A stretch of 64,000 bases of DNA. It comes from Thermoanaerobaculia bacterium (GTDB lineage Bacteria > Acidobacteriota > Thermoanaerobaculia > UBA5066). The stretch covers positions 640,001 through 704,000 of the forward strand of contig CAVRAY010000001.1 in NCBI GenBank assembly GCA_963719225.1. The letters are read 5' to 3'. Of this stretch, positions 9,695 to 19,500 are shown piece by piece. The notes beneath the pieces are model-generated. The model was not told the origin of the DNA. It ran no database searches and worked only from the letters and a program-made list of their open reading frames with translations. Made by a program: the position numbers and the translations under genes. How positions within the stretch are numbered: the first letter of the stretch is position 1; each line of letters begins with the position of its first letter.

Positions 9695-10368
9695 GGCGCT
9701 GCCGTTCCTGCCGCGAGGACGATCTCCCCTTTCACGCCGGGCCGTGCCGCGAGGATTCTGGCGATCTCCGACGCTCGCCCGCGGAGGACCTCCTCGTGGA
9801 CCTTCGTCAGCTCGCGCCCGAGGACGACGGGCGGGTCGCCCCAGGCCTTTGCGAGCGCCTCGAGGGATTCCACGATCCGGAAGGGCGACTCGAACAGCAC
9901 CGCCGTGCCGTTTCGCGAGGCGTTCGCGGCGTACCAGCGGTCGCGCTCGCCGCGGCGCGAGGGGGGAAAGCCCAGGAACGTGAACGGGACGGCCGGAAAT
10001 CCCGAGATCGAGAGGATCGCGAGGACCGCCGACGGCCCTGGAATCGCTTCGACCTGGTGCCCGGCCGCGGCGGCCGCCGCGACGAGCCGCTCCCCGGGAT
10101 CGGAGACGAGCGGCGTCCCCGCGTCGGAGACGAGAGCCAGCGTCTCGCCGCGCGCGAGCCGCTCGAGGGCCTCGTCGACGCGCCGATGCTCGTTGTGGCC
10201 GTGGCAGGACACGCGCGGCGACGCGAGGCCGTGGCGCGCGAAGAGGTTTCCCGTGCGGCGGGTGTCCTCGCAGTAGACGACGGCCGCCGACGACAGCGCC
10301 TCGCGCGCGCGGGGCGAAAGGTCGTCGAGGTTCCCGATCGGCGTGGCGACGACGAGGAGGCGGCCCAT
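9691..10368 (-). CDS. rsmI: 16S rRNA (cytidine1402-2'-O)-methyltransferase
   Basis: LLVVATPIGNLDD, CEDTR, SDAGTPLVSDPG, FESPFR, RELTKVHEE. Confidence 0.95.
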   Translation of the reverse strand: MGRLLVVATPIGNLDDLSPRAREALSSAAVVYCEDTRRTGNLFARHGLASPRVSCHGHNEHRRVDEALERLARGETLALVSDAGTPLVSDPGERLVAAAAAAGHQVEAIPGPSAVLAILSISGFPAVPFTFLGFPPSRRGERDRWYAANASRNGTAVLFESPFRIVESLEALAKAWGDPPVVLGRELTKVHEEVLRGRASEIARILAARPGVKGEIVLAAGTAAP

Positions 10369-10423
10369 CGCGGCATTCTCTCGCGTCCCGGGGCGCGGAC
10401 CCCAGACGAGACGCGCCAGCGGC

Positions 10424-10465
10424 ATAGGGGCCGGTCTGGTATGGCCCTATAATCCAGGTATGGCC
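10424..10465 (+). promoter_or_regulatory. vapBC promoter/operator
   Basis: TATAAT at 10448-10453, 6 nt before ATG; direct repeat GGTATGGCC at 10438-10446 and 10457-10465; imperfect inverted repeat ATAGGGGCC...GGCCCTAT. Confidence 0.65.
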
Positions 10466-10735
10466 AGCATGACCATCAAAGCGACCTATGCCCTCGATGT
10501 CGAGACGGCGCGTACTCTCGAGGAAATGGCCCGCCGCTGGGGGGTCTCCAAATCCGAGGCCCTGCGGCGGGCGATCCGGGCGGCGAAACGGGGACCGGCG
10601 GGTGCGCCGAAGGCGCTCACCGCTCTCGATGCGCTCCAGCGTTCGCTCGGATTGAGTGCCCGGACGGCGGACGAGTGGGAAAGGCACTCCCGCAAAGAGC
10701 GCCGCGCCACGTCCATCCGGCGGGAATCGAGATGA
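10460..10735 (+). CDS. vapB: CopG/ribbon-helix-helix antitoxin (VapB-like)
   Basis: TYALDVETARTLEEMARRWGVSKSEALRRAI RHH pattern; ATGA overlap with PIN gene. Confidence 0.85.
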   Translation: MASMTIKATYALDVETARTLEEMARRWGVSKSEALRRAIRAAKRGPAGAPKALTALDALQRSLGLSARTADEWERHSRKERRATSIRRESR

Positions 10736-11109
10736 TCCACCTCGATACGAGCTTCCTGATCCGGGGGCTCGTGCGCGACTCCGCCGAAGATCGAGCGCTG
10801 CGAAAGTGGCTGAAAGAGGGCGAATCGCTGGCGATGAGCACCGTGGCCTGGACGGAGCTCCTGTGTGGCCCTCTCGAGGAGAGCCACCTGGATCTCGCGA
10901 CCCGGGTCGTTTCACAGCGCATCGCATTCCTCGAGGAAGACGCGGACGTGAGTGCTCGGCTATTCAATGAATCCGGGCGGCGGCGTGGATCTCTGGTCGA
11001 TTGCATGATCGCCGCAAGCGCATTGCGCGCCGGGGAGCCGCTCGCGACCGGAAACGTCGGCGATTTTCGGAGGTTCGCCGCCTTCGGGCTGAAAATCTTC
11101 GAAGCGTGA
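10732..11109 (+). CDS. vapC: PIN-domain toxin VapC
   Basis: MIHLDTSFLI, ELLCG, DCMIAASA, LATGNVGDF. Confidence 0.9.
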   Translation: MIHLDTSFLIRGLVRDSAEDRALRKWLKEGESLAMSTVAWTELLCGPLEESHLDLATRVVSQRIAFLEEDADVSARLFNESGRRRGSLVDCMIAASALRAGEPLATGNVGDFRRFAAFGLKIFEA

Positions 11110-11831
11110 TGAAGAGCATGGTGACCCAGGTGAAGTGGCTCGTCCCGCTCGTTTTCGCGGGCGTCACCCTCGTGCCGGCCGAAGGGCGCGGCGCGCCTCC
11201 GGCGCCGGCAGCGGCACCGCCCGTGTCGACGCCTTCGGGACCGGCGGTGCTCGTGGATCGCATCGCCGCCGTCGTGGGCGACGAGATCGTCCTCGAGAGC
11301 GAGGTCCAGAAGCTCGTCGCCGTGCGGTTCCTCGAGCACAAGGGCGGCGAGAGCGACGCCGCGTATCGCGACCGCGTTCTCGACGAGCGCATCGTCGATC
11401 TCCTGCGCGAGCGACAGCTCCGCAGAACGAGCGGTTTCGAGCCGAAGCCCGAGGAGGTCGAGGCGCGTGTCGCCGCGCTCGAAGCGCGTCTCGCGAAGGA
11501 GCGCGGCATTCCCGCCGCCGCGGCGCTCGCGGCCGCCGGCACGACGCGCGAGGAGCTGGCGGCATGGGTCAGGCGCGGCCTCGCGCTCGACAGCTACGTG
11601 AAAGAGCGCCTTGCGCCGGGGCTGAAGCTGACCGAGGCGGATCTTCGCGCCTACTACGAGTCGACGTTCCGGGAAGCGGCGAAAAAGCGGGGGCTCGCGG
11701 ACGTCCCCCCTTTCGAGGACGTTCGCGAGGAGATCCGCGAGGTCGTGCGCGAGATCAAGCTCAATGCCGAGATCGAGCGCTGGACTTTGCAGCTCCGCAA
11801 CGAGACGCGCGTCCTCATCTACCGGCGCTGA
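11109..11831 (+). CDS. SurA N-terminal-domain periplasmic chaperone-like protein (no PPIase domain)
   Basis: Signal peptide; LVDRIAAVVGDEIVLESEV; C-terminal WTLQLRNETRVLI. Confidence 0.75.
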   Translation: MKSMVTQVKWLVPLVFAGVTLVPAEGRGAPPAPAAAPPVSTPSGPAVLVDRIAAVVGDEIVLESEVQKLVAVRFLEHKGGESDAAYRDRVLDERIVDLLRERQLRRTSGFEPKPEEVEARVAALEARLAKERGIPAAAALAAAGTTREELAAWVRRGLALDSYVKERLAPGLKLTEADLRAYYESTFREAAKKRGLADVPPFEDVREEIREVVREIKLNAEIERWTLQLRNETRVLIYRR

Positions 11832-11843
11832 TCGGGCAGCTTT

Positions 11844-14195
11844 TCAGCGTTCGGCCGGCTCCGCCTTGCGATAGAGGATGCGGTTCGCGAGCACGCGGCG
11901 CAGGTACGTGCGCGTTTCCGCATAGCTGATCGAGGCGAGGAGCGCCTCCGTGGGAGCTTTCGCGCCGCCGGCCCAAAGCGACGTCTGGCCGGCACCGGCG
12001 TTGTAGCCCGAGGCCGCGAGGGCCGCGTCGCCCTCGAACCGGGCGAGCAGGTTCTTCAGCGTGCGCGCCCCGAGGCGCAGCGACCGCGCCGGATCGTAGA
12101 GATCGGCATAGGCCGGAGGGTTCTCGTTGAGCTCCCGCGCCGCCTCTCCCGCCGTCGGGAGCGTGAGCTGCATGAGGCCGCGGGCCGCGGCGGGGGAGGC
12201 CGCCTCGCGGTCGAATCGGCTCTCCTGCCGCATGATCGCGTAGAGCAGGTCGCGCGGCACGCCGCTCTGGTCCGCGGACTCGGAGACGAGGCGGTCGAAC
12301 GGCCTCGGCGCCAGGGAGCGAAGCACCGAACGCGGGGCGAGATCGAGGAGGAAATCGTCCGGCACGAGCCGGTCGAGCGCCTCCGCCGCCTCGAGCGCCG
12401 CGGGCCCCGCGTCCGCGTCCTCGGCAAGACGCGCGGCCACGAGGCTGCCCAGAAGCGTGTCGAGACGCGAAGCGTCGCGCACGATCGGCTCGGCTTCGAG
12501 GGGCAGGCCGAGCTGCAGGAGGCGGCACGCCGCCGCGTCTCCGCAGAGCGTCGGAAGAGTCTCCTCCGGGAGGTCGGGCGCGAGCAGGACCTCGGAGTAG
12601 CCGGGCAAGGAGCGGTAGGCGATCTTCAGGAGGTCACGCGCGAGAGCGTCTCCGAGAAGGGCGGGCGGCAGGAGACGCACCTTGGCCTCCTGGGTCTTCC
12701 CGGACGTGAGGAGGGCTTCACCCTCGAGCCTCTCGCGGCGAAGAAAGGCATCACGGGACACGGCTGGAAGAGCGGACATCCGCTGCGCGGCGACCTCGCC
12801 CGCGGCGGTCCACGGGCGCGCGGCGAGGAGGGCGGCATACCCCGCGAGTGCGCCCCCGAGATCCCCCGAGGCCTCCGCGGCACGCCCGCGCCAGAACGGG
12901 AGCTCGCTCTTCCAGGGCTCCGCGAGCCGCCGGAGGCGCGCGAGGCGCTCGATGGGAAGAAGGACGCGCCGCGCGCCGGCACCGTCGCCCGCCTCGGCGC
13001 GCCTCACGAGGAGGTGGAGGAGTCCCTCCACGCGTCCGGGCTCTTTGGCGAGGGTTGGGCGCAAGAGGATCGCCTCGGCCCCCACGAGGTCGCCGCGGCG
13101 CATGAAGAGACGCGCCCGCTGAAGCGCGGCGAGAACGGCCGGCCCGGCGCGAGAGCTCTCCACGCGACGGAACTCGGCCGCCGCCGCGTCGAGCTGCCCG
13201 AGCTTCTCGAGCGTCATCCCGACGTTGAAGCGCACGCGGGCGAAGAAGGCGTCGGTGCCGGGGGCGTCGTCTTTCTTGCCTCGGGCGTGTCGCGGGTGGC
13301 GGGGCTGCTTTTCGAGGATCGACCGGAACGCCGACAGCGCCTCCGCGAACCGGCCGCGCGAAGCGAGGATCCGGCCGAGGTCGAAGCGGGCGCTCCAGCG
13401 CGCGATGTCGTCGCCCGCACGAGACGCACGCGCGTCTCTCTCCGCCGCGAGGCGCTCGGCGAGGTCGAGGTCTCGTTGGGCTTTCGCGGTCTCGATCAGG
13501 AGCGGAAGGAGGCGATCGAACAGCCCATGCACGTCCCGCCCCCGCATCTCGCGCGCGAGCACGATCGCCGCCGCGTCGTCGCGCCGCGCCTCGCGAAGGA
13601 TCTCTTCGCGCAGGGAGGCCGCGCCCGACGCGTCTCCGGCCTGGTCGAGAGCCTCGGCGCGCAGGGCGAGGAGGCGGCGCCGCTCGCGCGGAGCGGCCGG
13701 CGGCCTCGCGGCCACGAGCCGCGCCAGAGTCGCGGCGTCGAGGCGCGTCTCGAGCGCGTCGAGGGTGATGCGGAGCGCGCGGCGCGAGACGGCGCCTCCT
13801 TTCCTCTGCAGGAGGGGAAGCAGCAGCTCGAGCGCGCCGGCCCCGTCCCCGCCTTCGAACCGGAGCGAGCCGGCGGCGAGACGGGCCGGCACGTTGAAGA
13901 GGTCGTCGGCGGAGACGTGGCGCTCGAAGAGCGCGATGGCCTCGTCGCGGCGCCCCGTTGCGGCGAGGGCTCGCGCGGCGAGGTAGTCGAAGCGGCCGTC
14001 GGCGTATCTTTCGGCGGACTCCTTCTTCAGGCCGTCCAGCTGCTCGAGGACTTCGGTCCACTTTCCCGCGCGGGCAGCGGCCGCGAGGTCCCGCTCGCGG
14101 GCGGCGCTCGCCTCGAGCGTCGTTCCGGAATCGAGGAGGAGGACGAGAAGGGCGGGTGCGGCAGCGCGGCGGAAAGCTGTCAGCCCGGCGGCCAC
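11844..14195 (-). CDS. TPR-containing soluble lytic murein transglycosylase (Slt-like)
   Basis: TPR-like helices, then IMRQES, GLMQL, GYNAG, ETRTY motifs. Confidence 0.9.
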   Translation of the reverse strand: MAAGLTAFRRAAAPALLVLLLDSGTTLEASAARERDLAAAARAGKWTEVLEQLDGLKKESAERYADGRFDYLAARALAATGRRDEAIALFERHVSADDLFNVPARLAAGSLRFEGGDGAGALELLLPLLQRKGGAVSRRALRITLDALETRLDAATLARLVAARPPAAPRERRRLLALRAEALDQAGDASGAASLREEILREARRDDAAAIVLAREMRGRDVHGLFDRLLPLLIETAKAQRDLDLAERLAAERDARASRAGDDIARWSARFDLGRILASRGRFAEALSAFRSILEKQPRHPRHARGKKDDAPGTDAFFARVRFNVGMTLEKLGQLDAAAAEFRRVESSRAGPAVLAALQRARLFMRRGDLVGAEAILLRPTLAKEPGRVEGLLHLLVRRAEAGDGAGARRVLLPIERLARLRRLAEPWKSELPFWRGRAAEASGDLGGALAGYAALLAARPWTAAGEVAAQRMSALPAVSRDAFLRRERLEGEALLTSGKTQEAKVRLLPPALLGDALARDLLKIAYRSLPGYSEVLLAPDLPEETLPTLCGDAAACRLLQLGLPLEAEPIVRDASRLDTLLGSLVAARLAEDADAGPAALEAAEALDRLVPDDFLLDLAPRSVLRSLAPRPFDRLVSESADQSGVPRDLLYAIMRQESRFDREAASPAAARGLMQLTLPTAGEAARELNENPPAYADLYDPARSLRLGARTLKNLLARFEGDAALAASGYNAGAGQTSLWAGGAKAPTEALLASISYAETRTYLRRVLANRILYRKAEPAER

Positions 14196-14533
14196 GCGAA
14201 GGCCCGTCCGCCGAGGAGATGGAGATGCAGGTGAAAGACGCTCTGGCCGGCCTGAGCGCCGTCGTTGATGACGACGCGGTAGCTTTCGAGCTCGAGCCCC
14301 CTCGCGACCTCGGTGAGCGCCACGAGGCAGGGGCCGAGCAGCGCGGCGTGATCACCCGAGGCGTCGGAGAGGCGGGCGACGTGCGTCTTCGGTATCACGA
14401 GCACGTGCGTGGGCGCCTTCGGGGCGACATCGTGGAACGCGAGGACGCGCTCGTCCTCGAAGGCGATCCTCGCGGGAATCTCCCTCCGGACGATCCGGCA
14501 GAAGAGGCACGAGGGGTCGGGCGAGGAGCTCAT
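14180..14533 (-). CDS. hinT: Histidine triad nucleotide-binding protein
   Basis: CLFCRIV...GQSVFHLHLHLLGGR...WPPG. Confidence 0.95.
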   Translation of the reverse strand: MSSSPDPSCLFCRIVRREIPARIAFEDERVLAFHDVAPKAPTHVLVIPKTHVARLSDASGDHAALLGPCLVALTEVARGLELESYRVVINDGAQAGQSVFHLHLHLLGGRAFAWPPG

Positions 14534-14541
14534 CGCACCGA

Positions 14542-15828
14542 TTATCCGTCGATCCTCTCGACGGAGGCGCCGAGGCTCCGCAGGCGCTCGTCCATGGCCG
14601 CGTAGCCCCGGTCGAGATGGTAGATCCGGCGCACGCGCGTTTCGCCCCGGGAAACGAGGCCCGCCAGGACGAGAGCCGCCGAGGCGCGGAGGTCCGACGC
14701 GGTCACGGGCGCGCCTTCGAGCTGCGCCGGACCGCGCACGAGAGCCGCGCGTCCTTCGACACGGACGTCGGCTCCGAGGCGCGCGAGCTCGACGGCGTGC
14801 AGGAAGCGGTTCTCGAAGATCGTCTCGACGAGGCGGGACGGCCCCCGGGCCTGCGTCATGAGGGCGAGGAACTGCGCCTGGAGATCCGTCGGAAAGCCGG
14901 GATGCGGCGCCGTTTCGATGTCCACGCCTCCGAGCGGCCGCGAGGCGAAGACGCGCACGGCGTCCTGGGTCGCCTCGACGCCGGCTCCGGCGCGTCGCAG
15001 CGCGTCCAAAAACGCCTCGAGGTCCCGGGCGCGCGCGCGAGAAACCGTCACGTCGCCCCCGGTGATCGCGCCGGCGGCGAGGTACGTTCCCGCTTCGATG
15101 CGGTCGGGCACGATTACGTGGGGTGAGGCGCCGGTTCCCCCGAGCTGCTCGACGCCCTCGATCGTGATCGTGGACGTTCCCGCGCCGGTCACGCGCGCGC
15201 CCATGCGGGTGAGGAGGAGCGCCACGTCCTCCACCTCGGGCTCTCGCGCAGCGTTTTCGATCACCGTCGTCCCGCGCGCGAGCGTCGCGGCGAAGAGCAC
15301 GTTCTCCGTGCCGGTGACGGTGGGAGTCGGGAAGCGGATCGTCGTTCCCGTGAGCCGGCCTCTCGCGCGGCCGACGCGCGAGACGTGCGCATGGATGTAG
15401 CCTTTCTCGACGGCGATCCGCGCGCCCAGCGCCTCGAGAGCGAGGAGGTGCAGGTCCACGGGCCTGACGCCGATCGCGCACCCTCCCGGCAGCGAGACGC
15501 GGGCCTCGCCGAAGCGCGCGACGAGAGGGCCGAGGACGAGGATGGAAGCGCGCATCGTCCTCACGAGGTCGTAAGGCGCCTCTGTCGAGGTGACGCGCGA
15601 CGCATCGACGATCCGGCGCGAGGGAGCCGGCGCTCCGACGAGAACTCCCATGCCGTCCAGAAGACGCGTCATCGTGCGGACGTCCGCGAGATCGGGCACT
15701 TCCTCGAGCGTCACGGGCGCGTCCGTGAGGAGCGCGGCGGCCAGAGCCGGCAGCGCCGCGTTCTTCGCGCCGCTCGCGCGAACGGTGCCCTGGAGGCGCA
15801 CGGGCCCTTTCAGAAGGAAAGCATCCAT
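14542..15828 (-). CDS. murA: UDP-N-acetylglucosamine 1-carboxyvinyltransferase
   Basis: SGAKNAALP, MRASILVLGPL, LPGGCAIGVRPVDLH, PGFPTDLQAQ. Confidence 0.97.
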   Translation of the reverse strand: MDAFLLKGPVRLQGTVRASGAKNAALPALAAALLTDAPVTLEEVPDLADVRTMTRLLDGMGVLVGAPAPSRRIVDASRVTSTEAPYDLVRTMRASILVLGPLVARFGEARVSLPGGCAIGVRPVDLHLLALEALGARIAVEKGYIHAHVSRVGRARGRLTGTTIRFPTPTVTGTENVLFAATLARGTTVIENAAREPEVEDVALLLTRMGARVTGAGTSTITIEGVEQLGGTGASPHVIVPDRIEAGTYLAAGAITGGDVTVSRARARDLEAFLDALRRAGAGVEATQDAVRVFASRPLGGVDIETAPHPGFPTDLQAQFLALMTQARGPSRLVETIFENRFLHAVELARLGADVRVEGRAALVRGPAQLEGAPVTASDLRASAALVLAGLVSRGETRVRRIYHLDRGYAAMDERLRSLGASVERIDG

Positions 15829-15858
15829 CCGGAGAGGGAGTCTAAGGGGCGCGGCTCC

Positions 15859-16722
15859 TCAGAGCCGCAGCGCGGTGGCCGTCCGCGGGATTCCGGCGGT
15901 GTCGAGGCGCATGTCGACGAGCGTGAACGTTCCCGAGGCTTCCACAAGCGCCGAGATGTCGCGGGCCTGCCCGTACCCGAGCTCGAAGATGAAAGGGGCG
16001 CCGGGCGTCATGAAGTCGGCGAGCCCCGAAAGGATCGCGCGCATCGGCGCGAGTCCGTCATCCCCGCCGTAGAGCGCGAGAGGCGGCTCGAACTCCGAGA
16101 CGGTCTTCGAAAGATTCGGGGCTTCGGCAAGGGAGACGTAGGGCGGGTTCGCGACGGCGAGGTCGAACAGTTGCCGCCGGGCGAACGCGGAAAGCCAGTC
16201 GGAGGCGACTGCCCTCACGCGTCCGGCCACGCCGTGCCGGCGTGCGTTTTCCGCGGCGAGAGCCAGAGCCGATAGCGAGCGGTCGATCGCGAGCACGCGC
16301 GAGAGGGGGCGCTCGAGCGCGAGCGTGACGGCCAGGATGCCGCTGCCCGTGCCGAGATCGACGAGGTCCCGCGCGTCGGGAGCGGCGGCGCGCGCGGCTT
16401 CCACGATGACCTCCGTCTCGAGGCGCGGGATGAGCGCGCGCGCATCGACGTGAAACGTGCGGCCGAGGAATTCCCATTCGCCGAGAAGGTATTGCAGGGG
16501 CTCGCCGGCCGCGCGGCGCGCGACGAGCGACTCGAAAGCCGCGCGGCTCGCGGCGTCCGCGGGCTCCGCCCGGCGGCCGAGGAACCAGGAGCGAGAGCGC
16601 GCGGCGGCCCGGGCGAGAAGCTCCTCCGCTTCGTAGGGAGCGTGCTCCGCTTCCGACAGGCGGCGCCGCCCCTCGGCGAGAAGGGCGCCCCATGTGGGTT
16701 CGGGCCGGGCTTCGGAGCTCAT
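15859..16722 (-). CDS. prmC: Release factor glutamine methyltransferase
   Basis: GEPLQYLLG, ALIPRLETE, DLGTGSG, NPPY. Confidence 0.95.
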   Translation of the reverse strand: MSSEARPEPTWGALLAEGRRRLSEAEHAPYEAEELLARAAARSRSWFLGRRAEPADAASRAAFESLVARRAAGEPLQYLLGEWEFLGRTFHVDARALIPRLETEVIVEAARAAAPDARDLVDLGTGSGILAVTLALERPLSRVLAIDRSLSALALAAENARRHGVAGRVRAVASDWLSAFARRQLFDLAVANPPYVSLAEAPNLSKTVSEFEPPLALYGGDDGLAPMRAILSGLADFMTPGAPFIFELGYGQARDISALVEASGTFTLVDMRLDTAGIPRTATALRL

Positions 16723-16749
16723 GCGGGCCTCGTGTTTAAGATAGGAACG

Positions 16750-18294
16750 ATGTCGGGCTCCCGGATTCTCGTCTTTTTCGGCCTCGTGCTCCTCGGACTC
16801 GGCGTCGTCCTCGGCTTTCCGGCGTCCCTCGTTCCGGCCGCTGTCGTGATCGCCGTCGCCGCCGTTCTCGTCCTCGTCGGGGCGGGTCGTTCTCCGTCGA
16901 CGGCGGGATCCCGCGCCGAACCGGTGACGTCCGTGCGCGCGGCTTTCGGGCCGGCCGTGGATGCGATCGAGGCCGTCGCCGTGTACACGCTGGATCGCAC
17001 GGGCAGGATCGGGTACGCGAACAGGGGCGCGCGCCGAACGCTCGGGATCGAAGAGCGCGACCTGGAAGGGCATCCCGCGTCGGACTTTCCCGCCCTCGGT
17101 GCCGAGACGCCCGAGATGATCGTGGGCCTGAACGAGGTCTTCGAGACGGGGCAGCCTCGCGCGGCACGTCGAATCCTGCTGACCGTGGACGGGGCGACGC
17201 AGGTCGAGTCGATCATCTCGATGACGCCGGTCGTGCGGTACGGCAAGGTCGTGGGGGCAGCGATCTGGCGCGTCGACACGCACGGGCCGGCCGGCGGAGA
17301 CGAGCACCGCGCCCGCCTCCTGGACTCCTCGCCCGCGGGTCTCCTCGGCGTGGACGCCGCCGGCCGCATCGAAGCGGTCAGCCGCAGGCTTTCGGAATGG
17401 GTGGGGCGCAGGGCGGATGCTCTCGAGGGCCTCGACGTCGAGCGGTCCGAGGTCCTGCCGGAAGGGCTACGGGCGCTCCTCCGCACGCACGCCGCGAACC
17501 GCGCCCCGCAGGGTACTCCGACGACCGGTGTCGAGGAAGACGTCTCCCTCGTCACGCCCGAAGGCGTTTCGCGGATGCTGCACGTCGTCGTCTCGCCCCG
17601 GCCGGGAGGCGGAGCCGACGCCGTCTTTCTCGACGGCGGCTCGCGGCGCCGGCTCCTCGCCGAGCTGGATGCGGCGCGGCGGGCGCTCGCCGAAGCGCGC
17701 GAGGCCGCCGTCGACGTGCTCCAGTCCACGACGCGCGATCTCAAGGCCCGCGTCCAGGAGATCGTCGCCGCCGCGCGGCGCGCGGCGGACGAGACCTCGG
17801 GTCCGATCCAGCGCGCGCGCGCCGAAGCCGATCTGAAGGCCACGAGCGACCAGCTTCTCGCGCACGTCGAGGATTCCGGGTCCCGGGACGCCCGCCGGGT
17901 GATCGGCGGCGCCGACGGCCGCCCGCGCGTCCTCCTCGTGGAGGACAACGAAGAGAACCGCGAGCTTCTCGCCCACATGCTGAGGTCGCGCGGCGCCGAG
18001 GTTCTCACGGCGGGCAGCGGGCGCGAGGCCGTGGACGCGGCCGCGGGGTTCCACTTCGACTTCGTCCTCCTGGACCTGCACATGCCCGAGATGGACGGGT
18101 TCCAGGTGCTGAGGCGGTTGCGGGGCCTGCCGGACGGAGAGCGCCTCCCGGTCATCGCGCTCACCGCGCTCACGTCCGACCTCGTCAAGGAGCGCTGCGA
18201 AGCCGAGGGGATGAACGACTTCGTGTCCAAGCCCGTGACGCTCGCGAGGGTGGGGGAGCTCGTCGCGAAGTGGGGGCGCGGCGCGCGCGCCTGA
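16750..18294 (+). CDS. Membrane-anchored PAS-PAS-coiled coil-receiver protein (no HATPase)
   Basis: Two N-terminal TMs; two PAS-like segments; C-terminal REC (LLVEDN, DLHMPEMDG, LTA, SKP). Confidence 0.8.
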   Translation: MSGSRILVFFGLVLLGLGVVLGFPASLVPAAVVIAVAAVLVLVGAGRSPSTAGSRAEPVTSVRAAFGPAVDAIEAVAVYTLDRTGRIGYANRGARRTLGIEERDLEGHPASDFPALGAETPEMIVGLNEVFETGQPRAARRILLTVDGATQVESIISMTPVVRYGKVVGAAIWRVDTHGPAGGDEHRARLLDSSPAGLLGVDAAGRIEAVSRRLSEWVGRRADALEGLDVERSEVLPEGLRALLRTHAANRAPQGTPTTGVEEDVSLVTPEGVSRMLHVVVSPRPGGGADAVFLDGGSRRRLLAELDAARRALAEAREAAVDVLQSTTRDLKARVQEIVAAARRAADETSGPIQRARAEADLKATSDQLLAHVEDSGSRDARRVIGGADGRPRVLLVEDNEENRELLAHMLRSRGAEVLTAGSGREAVDAAAGFHFDFVLLDLHMPEMDGFQVLRRLRGLPDGERLPVIALTALTSDLVKERCEAEGMNDFVSKPVTLARVGELVAKWGRGARA

Positions 18295-18714
18295 CTACCA
18301 GCGCATCCGGTAGAGCATCACGTAGACGACCACTCCGGTGACGGAGACGTAGAGCCAGATCGGCAGCGTGAAGCGGGCGAACTGCCGGTGCCGCTCGAAA
18401 CGGCCCCGCCGGGCGAGGACGAACGTCGTGATCGCGAGCGGCGCGACGAAAGCCGCGAGGATCGTGTGCGTGAGGAGGATCGCGAGATAGAGCGTCCGCG
18501 CGCCGCCCGTGCCGGGGAACCGCACGCTTCCGACCTGCGCATGGTAAGCGAGGTACGAGACGAGGAAGAGAGTCGAGCACAGGAAGGCCGCCGTCATCGT
18601 GCGGCGGTGCGCGGCGATCCGCCGCCTTCGGATGAGCGTCCAGCCGACCGCGAGGAGGACGGCGCTCGTCGCGTTGAGGAAGGCGTTCAACGTCGGCAGG
18701 TCGCGGACCGTCAT
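18295..18714 (-). CDS. DUF420 (CtaM-like) membrane protein
   Basis: LPTLNAFLN, HRRTM, FLVSYLAYH, WLYVSVTG; adjacent to heme synthases. Confidence 0.88.
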   Translation of the reverse strand: MTVRDLPTLNAFLNATSAVLLAVGWTLIRRRRIAAHRRTMTAAFLCSTLFLVSYLAYHAQVGSVRFPGTGGARTLYLAILLTHTILAAFVAPLAITTFVLARRGRFERHRQFARFTLPIWLYVSVTGVVVYVMLYRMRW

Positions 18715-19493
18715 CGCTCCACCGGCGCCCGTGCCGCGGCGAGGCGCGCGGCGGGGCCCGCGGGAAAGCGCGCGACGACGGCCACGGCGGCGGCGAACAT
18801 GAGGATCGCGAAAGCCGCGGTCACCGTGAACGAGAGCGACGGAGAGATCCACGCCGGCGCGGCGCCGCCGAGAGCCCGGCGCAGCGCCGCGACGCCGTAC
18901 GTGAGCGGGTTGACGGCCATCGCCGCGCCCAGCCACGAGGAAGCGCCGTCGACGGGAAAGAACGCTCCCGAAAGGAGCCACATGGGGATCAGGAAGAGAT
19001 TCATGATCGCGTGGAAGCCCTGCGTCGACTCGAGGGACCAGGCGATCGCGAACCCGAGGGAAGTCAGCGCGAAAGCGAGGAGCGCGAGGAGCGCGCCCGC
19101 GGCGAGAAGGCCCGTGGCGTCGACCTTGAGGCCGGTCCACGGCACGAGGAGGAGCAGCGGAAGGCCCTGCATGAGACCGAGCGCCGCACCCCCGAGGACC
19201 TTCCCGAGCGCGATCGAGGCCGGAGCGACGGGTGAAACGAGGACTCCCTGCAGGAAGCCCTCGCGCCGGTCCTCGATGACGGAGATCGTCGCGAAGATGG
19301 CCGCGAAGAGCACGACGAGCACGATCGTGCCCGGGAAGAAGTAGCCGAACGAGTCCTCGCGAAAGGAGCCGCGGAAGCCCGAACCCACGAGGATCCACAT
19401 GACGAGAGGAGGAGCCACCGCACCCACGATGCGGCTCTTCTGCCGGAAGAAGCGGACGATCTCGCGCCGCGCGAGGGCGAGAGAAGGGCTCAT
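18711..19493 (-). CDS. ABC-2 type transporter permease
   Basis: YFFPG, EDRREGFL..LVSPV, LSGAFFP, NPLTYGV. Confidence 0.88.
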   Translation of the reverse strand: MSPSLALARREIVRFFRQKSRIVGAVAPPLVMWILVGSGFRGSFREDSFGYFFPGTIVLVVLFAAIFATISVIEDRREGFLQGVLVSPVAPASIALGKVLGGAALGLMQGLPLLLLVPWTGLKVDATGLLAAGALLALLAFALTSLGFAIAWSLESTQGFHAIMNLFLIPMWLLSGAFFPVDGASSWLGAAMAVNPLTYGVAALRRALGGAAPAWISPSLSFTVTAAFAILMFAAAVAVVARFPAGPAARLAAARAPVER

Positions 19494-19500
19494 GTAACGT

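Noticed and set aside
4487-11109. Defence island (SNF2 helicase + TA pair)
   Set aside because: SNF2-SWIM is the common chromosomal type; no nucleases, DNA methylases or mobility genes, and housekeeping rsmI intervenes
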